From Ylistrum balloti (taxonomy: Eukaryota): a stretch of 64,000 bases of DNA. Positions 51,401 through 61,624 of this stretch are shown here, piece after piece (position 1 is the stretch's first letter; each line of letters starts with the position of its first letter). Below the pieces are notes generated by a model. That model had not been told where the DNA came from. It worked only from the letters and a program-made list of their open reading frames with translations, and ran no database searches. Location of the stretch: positions 1,116,001-1,180,000 of the forward strand of contig NW_026782237.1 in NCBI RefSeq assembly GCF_031769215.1, read 5' to 3'. The position numbers were made by a program, and so were the translations under genes.

Positions 51401-54400
51401 CTAGCAAATGTAAATGATCGAAGTTCAAGATGGACATCTTTCTGTTTTATTTGTTTTCAAATCAGTCCCAAAAAGAACACTAAAACACTTGCTACCTGAG
51501 GGGGGACCAACTGATGGCATTTGAGATGTGATAATTTGGTGTGTTAAAAACGAAAGATTCACTGAAAAGTTTTCTACCCTGTCTTACCTAAAACCTAGGT
51601 CATACCAACATCATCCTTAACACACAAGGGCAGAAAATCCTTGGTCATACCAACATCATCCTAAACACACACGGGCAGAAAATCCTTGGTCATACCAACA
51701 TCATCCTAAACACACAAGGGCAGAAAACCCTTGGTCATACCAACATCATCCTTAACACACAAGGGCAGAAAATCCTTGGTCATACCAACATCATCCTAAA
51801 CACACACGGGCAGAAAATCCTTGGTCATACCAACATCATCCTTAACACACAAGGGCAGAAAATCCTTGGTCATACCAACATCATCCTTAACACACAAGGG
51901 CAGAAAATCCTTGGTCATACCAACATCATCCTAAACACACACGGGCAGAAAATCCTTGGTCATACCAACATCATCCTAAACACACAAGGGCAGAAAATCC
52001 TTGGTCTTACCAACATCATCCTAAACACACAAGGGCACAAAAACCTTGGTCTTACCAACATCATCCTAAACACACAAGGGCAGAAAAACCCAGGTCTTAC
52101 CAACATCATTCTAAACACACAAGGGCACAAAAACCTTGGTCTTACCAACATCATTCTAAACACATGAGGGCAGAAAAACCTTGGTTTTATTGATGTCATC
52201 CCACACACACAATGAAGACAAAAACTGTCAAGTAATACTGTGCTTTGAATTATATCAATGTATTAACTCTTAATTGGAATGTTAATAAAGGGTATGTGAT
52301 GCTTTTTTGATTTTGTTCTCAGGAGAGTGAAAATTATTGACAAATGTATAGACTTATTTGGAATTTAAATACAATCTATTGCATAATATTATATACCCTT
52401 TTATGGGTATTTGATATAAGCCAATCTGAATATGATTCCTAGCTGTATTCCATTTCCACCTGTGTACACACACTCGGTAATGTGGGCCATCCCCATTGAT
52501 TTTCCTAATCGGGTATAGGATTTTAAAAGTAAAGTGATTTGTAACCTGGGGCTTGTTATTTGTAGATTGCTGAAATAAGTCTGACAGTTAAGGCCACTGT
52601 ATGGGTTCCTAGTGGTATGATACTTAAAAGCTGATCATACCAGTACTTTGTTATATGGCTAAGTACTATATATTGTACACACTTATACCTTTTGTATACT
52701 GCCTACTTTATGAAAAGCTCTTTTGCTTCATGTATACTGTGTGAAACATATGCCTACTATGTGGTACCTTATGTATACTGTTTGACACTTTATGTATACT
52801 GTGTGGTACATACCTTATGTATACTGTGTGATACTATATGTGTATTGTGTGGTACATACCTTATGTATACTGTGTGGTACATACCTTATGTATACTATGT
52901 GGTACATACCTTATGTATACTGTGTGGTACATACCTTATGTATTCTGTGTGATACATACCTTATGTATACTATGTGGTACATACCTTATGTATACTGTGT
53001 GGTACATACCTTATGTATACTATGTGGTACATACCTTATGTATACTGTGTGGTACATACCTTATGTATTCTGTGTGATACTATATGTGTACTGTGTGGTA
53101 CTTTATGTATACTGTGTGGTACTTTATGTATACCATCTGGATCGATGTCTACATTAACATTTCTTTGAGAATAAAGAGACACGTGTATTATAGTTATTTA
53201 TAAACAAACCTATTCACCTATTCAATAATCAGGACATTAATTCAAAGTTCTATTATAAAAGATTATATTAGATCAACCAATAAATGATTTAATTTCGAGG
53301 TTTTAGTACAAACTTATTACAAAATGTTCTCTCTCGAGTATTAATGCATTTCATCCAGTGCTATAGCAGTAGTTTTATGGATAGCTTTGAACTTTTATCT
53401 TGGTTGAACAGGTCTAAGTTTATCTCCTTGTACATTAATATGCTAAAACCTGATAACTTCAAATGCACTTTACTACAACTAGCTAACACTTCCCCATTTC
53501 TGTGGAACTGAATCTGTAAGTGTGCAGTAATGGTGTCCTGCTTGTCTTAAACAAGAACAAAGAGGCATTACATTAGTGGTAGTAAGAACAATTATAAAAA
53601 GTGTAAAACATTTTTGAATATTTTAGCATTAAACATCACAAAACCACTCATCACTTCACTCTCACAACATTTACTCAAAATTTCAGCTCAAATGCAGCAG
53701 AAGTTTAAATCTTTTTTTCAAGATGGCAGTCAGGGCAGCCTCAAAACAGCCACCAAAAAACGACAAGACTCGATCAGCACCATCTTAGGACTATTTCAGG
53801 CAAGTTTGAGCTGAATCCCAAGGGTGGATCTTAGGAAGTTTATTGTAGGTGTTGTTCAGGAAAACCATTATTGTGTAACCATATTACAAAATGGATACCA
53901 TTGCTGATATGTCAAAGTTTTGGCAAGGCTGAAACATAACAACACTTTGCCAGTTTCCTTTCCCAAATCCAAACCAATTTTTAGCTCAATGGTACCAATC
54001 ACACTAGAAAATAAGTTTAAAGTGTGATTTTTAAGATGGCAGCAAGTCATGCTGGCCCACATTAAATTTGGCAAAGACAAAAAGTAACACATCCCTACCA
54101 ACTTTTAGCTCAATGGCACCAGTTAAACTGGACAAGAAGAGCATTCACTTTGTACAGCTGGGTGAATTATCGGACATCCCTCATCTAAGGGATGAGTCTG
54201 TGTTAGGCTTGAGAGGTTGAGCAATAATTGAGCAATTACTGTGGTGTTCAAATAAGTGGCGTAAACATGGAATGTGCTGATAAATTCATGAACGCCATCT
54301 TTTATACCTTAATATACCTACCATGTAACTATTGTTACCAGTGTTATAATACTGGTATATATACACTCATATCCAAGTGCTTAATCAGACTAAGACAATT

Positions 54401-57400
54401 TTTGTAGGTTCCAATTAAGACGGCATCAAACACTTTTTAGGAATTTAATCAATGAAAGGGTAACCATATATCATAATGAATGAACTTCGTAAATGGTGAC
54501 ATATTAATAATCAACTTTTCACAAAAAAATCATATTGTTACCTAAGGAGTTGTTTCACATAATCCCTACAATACACAACTTAAGTGTCATCCTCCGCATA
54601 TGTTAACTTGGTTTTGAGCAACTGTGGAATCATTTCTAAAATGGAGCAATCTTCATAGATGGCATTCATGGAAAGCAAATTATAATGTAGGTTTACATTC
54701 AAAGATATTCACAAGTGAAATTTCACACAATCTCAATATAAAATACAGCCAAAGGTCATTACTATATTGGCAAAACCTTACAACTACATGCTATATCTTG
54801 TATAAGGTCAAACTATCACAGTTTCTACTTGAGTGAATGTGAATGGCCTCAACTGAATTTTTATAATAAGGGAAGACTAAAAACTTTAATCTATTTCTGA
54901 ACAATAAAAGTAATTCTACCAGCCAAAACAGGCCTATTATACACATCCAAAAGATTAATGGTATTCTGCTAGACTCCTTTTACTGTTTAACATAGGTTTT
55001 AATGTACATAATGATAAAGTAAATTCTATTTTATAAATGTCTGAACGTTTAAGTAATCCAGGTGTCCAATTCAAGTCATTTCGTTTATGAATATGCCTTT
55101 TAGAAATTTACTTAAGATCTGTTAAGGATATGGAAAAAGGTTCAGCACGAATTTAATTAAAACATGAAATATATATTGACAGGTGAAATACACTCAATAT
55201 CTGCTGAAATAAAACTGTCATCTCCCAGAAAATCATGGAACATATCGGATGATTGTACAAAAGACACACAAATGAATTACACATTTCTAAAGCTTAGAAT
55301 TAGATATAGTATAGCGAAACAATGAATTAAACATCTTACTGCTCTAACACTCATTGGTGATGCTAGTAGTTATTGTAAATGCTTAAATTCTTGGAAACTA
55401 ATTAGGAATCAACTTTGGATAATTAAAATTAGTTGAAATATATGTTAAAAAGTCAGAGGGGAAGGTGCACTTATCCAAAAAGATTCAATAAATTACAAAA
55501 TATTAACATTGGAAGATTTCAAAAGAATGTAAAGTATTGTATGTGTATATTCAAAGTCACAACATGACTATGTGTAAAACAAAGTTTCTACCATTATGCC
55601 TTGATGAAAATTGAAATAAAATGCAATGTTGTTAAATAATTTTTTATTTTTATTTCATGAATCAATCCATGTAACAGCTAATGAACAACTGGATAATATG
55701 TATATTTGAGCAGCCTTCAGTTGTCGATGATTGTACTGAGGGATTCCACCCTATGTCTAATGTACACTGGGTGGTACTTCATAAATTGTATAATGCTATA
55801 CTCACAGGGTCTGCTTGAGTGACTATCCAAAAAATCAATCAAAAGACCCTGTCACAACAATCAATGGAAACATTGCCAGATTAAGTAAGACTTTGTAATC
55901 TTCTTCAAATCTGTTAAGAGTTCAACAATCTTAGACAGATCAACAGTTTGGTTTAAGAACACTAAGTCTGTCAATCTGATAAAGCTGAAATTTACTTTGA
56001 TAAGAACTTCGGTACTATTTTGTTGTGTCACAAATGGTTTCCATTTTAAAGAGCTCAAATACATTTTTGTTCAAATTCTTAAAAAAGGTATGCTGTAAGA
56101 GATCCAAGAGGACGGTTACTAACTTAACTATCCTGATGTAACCAACTCCTACATACATCAGGTATAATACCACTTGACTAGCTGGAATTGTTCAGATATG
56201 AAATAGGAATAGACATGCATGTGTTTTCTTGATTTATTTCCAGACTTATTTAGAAATGCCTTATAAATTACTGAACAGTTCTTTCATGCTATCTGAACAC
56301 TTCTCTGAGGTCATATTTCCATAGCTGGGACTAGCCTTTTGTATGACCTTGATTCCTGAATGAATATCTACAGTATTTAATAGTGCAGCAATCAAGAAAT
56401 ACATACACCATAGAATGAACGCAGATATCTATAATATCACAAGGACAGATTCTTGTCAAGAAATTGTTACTTAATAGTTTTTGTCATGCTCTCCTCAAAG
56501 TTTTACACCTGTATTACCTTACCTCTTTGACAACTTGTGAATAGTCTATATCCTTACAGACAGAACCTTTTCTTTTCACTTTCTGAGTCTGGATTGGATT
56601 AGACAGTGTGGGTAGACTAATGCTACCAGTTGATTCAAACACTGATCTCCTCTCTGTCATTATGAATTCACTTTTAAACCGAATTGTCCTTTGCACCTTC
56701 TTAACACATTCTGATTGCACATGGTGGTTTTAGTATTTTTCACCTATGGTTCTGAGACAGACTGCTGGTCTCTGTTGTACCGATGATTGAGTTATACACA
56801 TAACTTTGTATAGTTTTACTTTAAAACAGAAGTTAATCCTACTAACAGTGTTACCAGTGCAGTCAGTAACACAAACCGTGAGAACAGATTTTGTAATCAG
56901 ACCATCTCACTATTCTAGCATTTGATTGCACTGTATCTCCAATAGCAGAAAATATTTAAAACTTGACACCACATTATGAGGTACGCAGTCTGTGATCAGA
57001 TGAGAGGCTCTATCTCCAGATTAAACTTTAAATGTCTGCAGTGTACCTCAGTCCCATTCCAAATCAATATAAGCACACACGCCTACTACAGGAAGAACAA
57101 TACAACATGAACAGGCCGTAATGGTAATGTAATGTTTAGGTCAAGACTACACAACACAACAAAAAATGATAAGAATCATATAAAATTACCAACGACTTGA
57201 AAATATGTTTACAAAATACAGCTTTACCACAAAGAACACAAAAACTTCCTGTGATGTTATTCTGGATAACAGTATTAATTATATTGTGTGTTTGAAGGTT
57301 ATTTTGGATGTAAGACACATGATATGTTTTCTTAATATTACATGTGATTTCAATATTTTCTGATTTACGTTTTGGACAATAAAATAACTAAGGGTGTACT

Positions 57401-60400
57401 ATTCATCAGTACAGTTATATTGGCATGCCTGTCAATGTGTACTCAGTATAAAGATGACCCCCTAACACATTGGTTTACAGGGTTTAATAAAGTTATAAAC
57501 TTCTAACTTACAGGTCATACAAGGTCACATGAACCTCTAATTCACAAATTCTGATGAACACAGGTCACATCGGGTTAAAAGATTCTCTAACACACACAGA
57601 TCATACAGGATCAAATGAACCTTAGCTTTAACTAATACAGGTCATATGAACCTCTCTCTAGTGTAATAGTTTCACATGTCAGAAAACTGTCCAATCTCTA
57701 CAGGTCACACATATACATGTATTATAACCATTACAGATACAAAGTCAAATGGTATTAATTCATCAGTGTAATCAGAAGTACATCTGGCCTGTCAAATGGT
57801 ACTGGTTCTAACAGGTAAGCATCTACAAAGACATACTCTAGGGATAAAGAAATGCAGGGTGACACTATTTGCAATATCTTGCGAACGCGTTGTTCAAAAC
57901 CAATGAAAATCAGTCAAGCAACACTCTAGGTTACAGTGCCGGGGTCCTGTATTGAATGTTGTATTATTGTATTGCTTGACGATGTCTTCCAGGGAAAGCA
58001 GGAAATAGGAAAATCTCATGCACAGCAGTGTTGTGACATTGAGAGTTACACTGCTTGTCATACCATTAGGTAGTCTTCACAGAGACACATTATTTTCCGA
58101 TATTTTGATTAATTTCTGATAGAATTAAACAATGACATGGCTGACGTAAGTTCAGAAGGGTCAGGTCATTGCTATGAGTATGCAAGGTCAAAGGCAAATA
58201 CAGGTTGCCAGATATTTCGGTGTCCATATTGGCACTTTAGAACGTCTTGTTAGATGTATAAGGGAAACTGTGCGGGTTGCTGACAGACCTACGTCTGGGT
58301 AACCATGTGTACCGTCACAACACTCAGGACAGGTTTATTCGTCTCGTGCATTTGTGCAATCAGCACTTTACTGCCACTGAATCTGCCCTTCATACCATTG
58401 GTACTCATAACCATGCAGAAACTGTTAGCAGGAAGATGGTCAGCAGGTATGTCACAAGTTTGCAGGTCTGCCCCTTACCATTGCTCATCACCATCATTGT
58501 ATGGCTTGGGTGGCGGCACATGCCCCCAGAATATTCCCATTCAGGCAATGGAGAGGGGTCTTGTTTACAGATGAGTCATTGTACACCCTCTTTCGAGCAG
58601 ACGGTCAATGTCGGGTATACCAATGTTGTGGAGAATGTTTTGCTGACTGCTGCATAGTAGAGATGGATAGGTTTGGAAGTGGATCGGTTATGGTGTGGGG
58701 AGGAAGCACACATGGAATTAAATCACTACTGGTTGTGGTAGCAAGTAATAGAACAGCCACTAGGTATAGAGATGAGGTCCTCCAACCCCAAGTTGTCCTA
58801 TTATTGCAGCAAAACAACCTCACATTCCAGCAGGATAATGCTTGTCCCCATGAAGTGAGGATCTGTTGCGACTTTCTCACTAACATCAATATCCACCCAC
58901 TGGACTGGCCACCATACAGTCACGACCTATCCCCTATTGAGCACTTGTGGGACCAGCTGGATAGACAGGTTCAACTCCCCCGGTTATGCTGGCCCAACTG
59001 AGAGCAACCCTCTTGGAAGAATGGGCCAACATCCCAATGTGGAGGATAGACCCACTCATAAACTCCATGCCTAGGAGAATCAGGGCTGTGGAGAGAGCAA
59101 AGGGGGGACATACCCAGTATTAACTAGCCAGCTCCCACAAGAAGTCAATTTCGACTTCAGATTACAGAGTTCTCTTTCAATTCCCTTCAATTACTCCTAA
59201 ATCACTTTTACCCTGCATTTCTTTATCCCTTGAGAATATTTTTATAGCAGATTGATGCAGTATCTGATAATAAAGTATATTGCATCACTCTGAAACAATG
59301 CGCCAAACTAAAATTGAAGTAGAGTTGGAATGCAAACATCTTGAGATCTGAAAGACCTTGCAGTTACGTAATGATTTCACCACTGCACCAAATCAATATC
59401 AAAGATCTAAGATAAGTGGTAAGAACTTATTTTACTCAGAAGAACAGTTGATCAATACCAACATTATATGATGCAGTGATCAGGATGACTGCTTTAAAGT
59501 TTTCAACAATGCAATAGTAAGCATATAAATCTATTTGTATATTTTTTCTTTTTCAAATGCTAGAGGACACTTTGAATAAAAATACAAGGCCCAATCCTTT
59601 CCTAATCCCTACTAGAGATTCTTTTTGACAATCTGTGAAAATCTTCAGACCTGATGTCATTTGTTTTAAACTACATGTATGCAAACAATGATTTTCAAAA
59701 TATGTCCTATTGTATGATACCGTTATTTCCTCTGTAGAAATATAGCTTTAATAACTGATCTGTTAGCATACATGACCCTACCTCAACAGATTGCTGCTGG
59801 AGAGTTACATGAAATTATTAGTTTTTATAATGGAGATGTATGGTAAAACCAAAAGTAACTTCTTGCTTACTGTCACGCATGTGCTCGAATGAGATATTAG
59901 GCCTAAATGCCTGGACAGTCATCTTACTACATAGGCAAAGAAGCAATGTAAATAATTTTCAATCTTCTTTTCACTCTGAAATGAAATACTGTGTATCAAA
60001 ATTTGGTACACGATGTCATCATCAAGAAGATAGCAAGAATATGGCTTTGCAGTTTTAAATTAAATAAGTAATCACTTTCTATATACATATAGGTAACATG
60101 GAGGTTATTAATAGAATCATGAACCTTAAGAATCATTGGTGCATTTGTTTCGGACCCCTTCAGAATAATTTTTCGCTAGCTATGCTATGTTGATGAAATG
60201 CCATCAAACAAATACATAAATGACTTGAAATGTGTTCATACTATAAGATATATTTAAAAACTGACCTGTGAAAGTCCACTATTTTTCTAAAAAAATATCA
60301 CAGAAATTGTTTCAAATCTGCTCACCTGAAATGATCAACATGTGTATGGCACATGTGATTGCATTAAAATGTATGTCTCTGATGACATCACCGATCACAG

Positions 60401-61424
60401 AGATGCTTGAGTTAGCTTAGTGTGACCCAGAAATACACATGTACACGAAATCATTATTTGAATAGGAATGACATTTTGATGAAAATAAAAATCAAAATAC
60501 ATTCATGGTGCGAAAGTGGTAGATATCTGTGTTTATGTGTGCACCTTTTCTAAAGAGTTCGATCAAACGTCTTATTTTTTTTTATCTTTTTTCTCCTCAA
60601 ATGAGCTATATTTCATGGTAAACATCTTTCTTATAACACTATTTATTATAAACTATTTAAATAAAGTTGATTTTTCATCTCTCGGTCTACAACTCCCTAG
60701 TTAAATAAAATCTGAAATGAATCATCAAAAGTGATAATTTATACATCATCATGTTTTCAATATATAAGTTTGGACTTCCATAGCAAAAAAATTGTAAGAT
60801 GGTGCGGTCTATTATTATTCATGGTCGATTTTCATTCATATGATAGACGACAACTAAAAATTGGCATCTGAGGATGAATTCATGGCTTATTTCATCATAT
60901 CTAAGAGGAAGTTTGACATGTAAAAATCGAGCATTGTTAAAAAAACCAAATTTGCCAATGAAATATATACTCGTAATATTTTATAGTGATTAGTGTAAAT
61001 AAGTTTTTTTTTTATTATTTTCGGAAGCGTGACATGTTACAGCAACCAAAAGTATCCGGGTGCAAGGTCATGAGGGTCACGAAGGTCAATAGTTCATGTT
61101 ATACGGCTGGACAAAATGGCAGTTCCGAAATACATAACGGTGCGGAACCGATGTCAACACAATACATTAAACATAATGGTCACCTGCCTATATTTTTCGT
61201 TTCGGGAACCTTTTAGTTTCGGGAATTGGAAGTCACGAACCTGTTACACACATACTGAGTATCTGCTATCATAAATATCAAAGCTTCGATAACGCACGAC
61301 GAATATGTTAGACCTACAATGCTCAGTAGTGTTACTTTCAATTGAACTTTCAGAAAGGTGTACATGTTCTTACCTTCAAAAGGATTTGTCCAACTTCTTC
61401 TGGTCTTGTTTCTACCTCTGTCAT
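28439..61424 (-). CDS. IQCH: IQ motif-containing protein H, ~1095 aa, 23 coding exons
   Basis: Exons in transcript order: 61374-61424, 51054-51164, 49932-50101, 48532-48652, 46366-46422 (least sure), 44719-44796, 43833-44001, 43367-43596, 38953-39086, 36654-36731, 36100-36208, 34547-34774, 33796-33946, 33039-33214, 32455-32727, 32026-32214, 31688-31808, 31085-31359, 29973-30155, 29677-29802, 29058-29119, 28791-28899, 28439-28525. All GT-AG, phase-consistent, total 3288 nt. IQ motif [15 protein letters not shown]; family motifs [64 protein letters not shown]. Confidence 0.93.
30158..30790 (-). repeat. 53/54-bp minisatellite of 3' splice-acceptor copies abutting an IQCH exon
   Basis: Minus unit tgtccttctgtatccctcag|attgatagtaattgtgatgcc; ~11 copies ending at the true acceptor ttttttgtcccacag|ATGGAG (30156-57). 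Confidence 0.93.
34955..36099 (-). repeat. 50-bp minisatellite of 5' splice-donor copies starting at an IQCH donor
   Basis: Minus unit begins gtaagtacc(t)ccacccaagca..tctgtacca; ~22 copies downstream of the true CCT|gtaagt donor at 36099. Confidence 0.95.
36860..36985. repeat. 28-bp tandem repeat, ~4-5 copies
   Basis: Unit atcatttgtatccttgtacactccacca. Confidence 0.85.
37530..37790. repeat. Diverged ~100-bp tandem repeat, ~2.5 copies
   Basis: gaaatttgttgt..tttcata(t/c)cccatctt(t/a)gacttgtcaact recurs. Confidence 0.7.
38375..38560. repeat. ~80-bp tandem duplication
   Basis: tgttcccatagcaaaggcatacagtg(t/c)ccatagatataaaa at ~38408 and ~38490. Confidence 0.85.
40294..40443 (+). mobile_element. 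150-bp LTR-like unit (TGTAAC...GTTACA) with a degenerate tRNA-like core, followed by a PBS-like TGG motif
   Basis: Terminal inverted hexamers; box A TAGCTCGATTGG (40351), D-stem gctc/gagc, loop CTAGTAA, box B GGTTCGATTCC (40395); then tTGGCATCCATGTAGG at 40444. Confidence 0.65.
44140..44520. repeat. 32-bp minisatellite, ~11 copies
   Basis: Unit agtcatctgagtcagtatgtagcacaatattt. Confidence 0.95.
44802..45810. repeat. ~650-bp intronic tandem duplication: ~280-bp unique block plus 21/22-bp minisatellite (atgacaagagaatttctagt)
   Basis: 44802-45080 is nearly identical to 45451-45724; each copy is followed by gaatttctaatataacaagagaatttctag arrays. Confidence 0.92.
47165..47470 (-). mobile_element. 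Fragment of a non-autonomous interspersed repeat (aaacaagaggccc terminus; Helentron/HINE-like)
   Basis: Plus strand caggccctatgggcctcttgttt at ~47447-47468 is the inverted form of the terminus at 48832. Family assignment is inferred. Confidence 0.55.
47780..48110. repeat. Degenerate T-rich ~35-40-bp tandem repeat
   Basis: Recurrent agac(c)tac(c)ttgttttt motifs; explains the low-complexity ORFs here. Confidence 0.65.
48832..49575 (+). mobile_element. HINE-like non-autonomous element carrying ~4 internal ~154-bp monomers
   Basis: Starts aaacaagaggccaaaggagcctgcattgctcacctgg. accatttata(c)a recurs at ~48990, 49143, 49298, 49453. Confidence 0.65.
50505..50720. repeat. Degenerate ~45-bp tandem repeat
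   Basis: gattggcagcac(a/t)gag(a/g)ctgtcacttat recurs. Confidence 0.55.
51588..52200 (-). repeat. 45/46-bp minisatellite, ~13 copies, each an acceptor-10 nt-donor cassette
   Basis: Minus unit ttttctgcccttgtgtgtttag|GATGATGTTG|gta(a/t)gaccaagg; located in IQCH intron 1. Confidence 0.93.
52735..53130 (-). repeat. 25-bp minisatellite, ~15 copies, ~10 carrying AAG|GTATGT on the IQCH sense strand
   Basis: Plus unit ttatgtatactgtgtggtacatacc (52861, 52886, 52911); explains the Y/V/C-rich ORFs. Confidence 0.93.
53650..54130. mobile_element. Probable interspersed-repeat fragment with internal repeats (caagatggcag, tttagctcaatgg)
   Basis: Paired motifs at ~53720/54035 and ~53980/54105; family unresolved. 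Confidence 0.35.
56523..56660 (-). CDS. IQCH: Candidate alternative first coding exon of IQCH (46 aa)
   Basis: ATG at 56660; [22 protein letters not shown] ends at GAG|gtaagg (phase 0), in frame with exon 2 (VQDDIRQL). Confidence 0.5.
57490..57720. repeat. Degenerate tandem repeat (acaggtcata/cac..tgaacct)
   Basis: Five or six recurrences of acaggtca(t/c)a. Confidence 0.55.
57836..59236 (+). mobile_element. Near full-length decayed Tc1-family transposon (~1.4 kb)
   Basis: Inverted repeats gggataaagaaatgcagggt / accctgcatttctttatccc flanked by TA. Catalytic motifs [40 protein letters not shown]; frameshifted. Confidence 0.92.
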
Positions 61425-61624
61425 CTTGAAACAATATTTTGGTTAATACTCTTTAAAATAACCAATGCATTCAATTTCACTTGTAATGCAATATGACAAA
61501 ATAACACTACATATCTAAATCCACGAACAACTATGAGTCTAAAAACCGCCAGCCATGCGCTGTTTCTCCAGCAACACATCAAACAACACAAAGTTATGAC
61601 GTAGTACACATTTCCGGTTTAATA
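61425..61624. promoter_or_regulatory. 200-bp bidirectional promoter / 5' UTR interval between IQCH and AAGAB
   Basis: Divergent ATGs at 61424 (minus) and 61625 (plus). Contains tgacgt (CRE half-site, ~61597) and atttccgg (ETS-like, ~61610). Confidence 0.75.

Noticed and set aside
51600-52200. Repeat peptide DDVGK as a duplicate of IQCH exon 1 (EEVGQ)
   Set aside because: Similarity is limited to a few codons and the surrounding sequence is unrelated.
1-53168. Tandem arrays as CRISPR arrays, and their periodic ORFs (922-1200, 26292-26584, 30335-30604, 51960-52208, 52692-53168) as genes
   Set aside because: Units are contiguous with no unique spacers, there are no cas genes, and the context is eukaryotic. 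The ORF periodicity equals the repeat period.
54125-54300. ~58 open codons on the minus strand (DGVHEFIST..) as a nested gene
   Set aside because: No start codon, weak splice sites and no recognisable family.
55861-56064. [23 protein letters not shown].. as an IQCH exon
   Set aside because: No compatible donor before its stop and a phase mismatch with neighbouring exons.
58277-59001. ORFs as an intact transposase
   Set aside because: Split over frames with substitutions in conserved positions; a decayed Tc1 copy.
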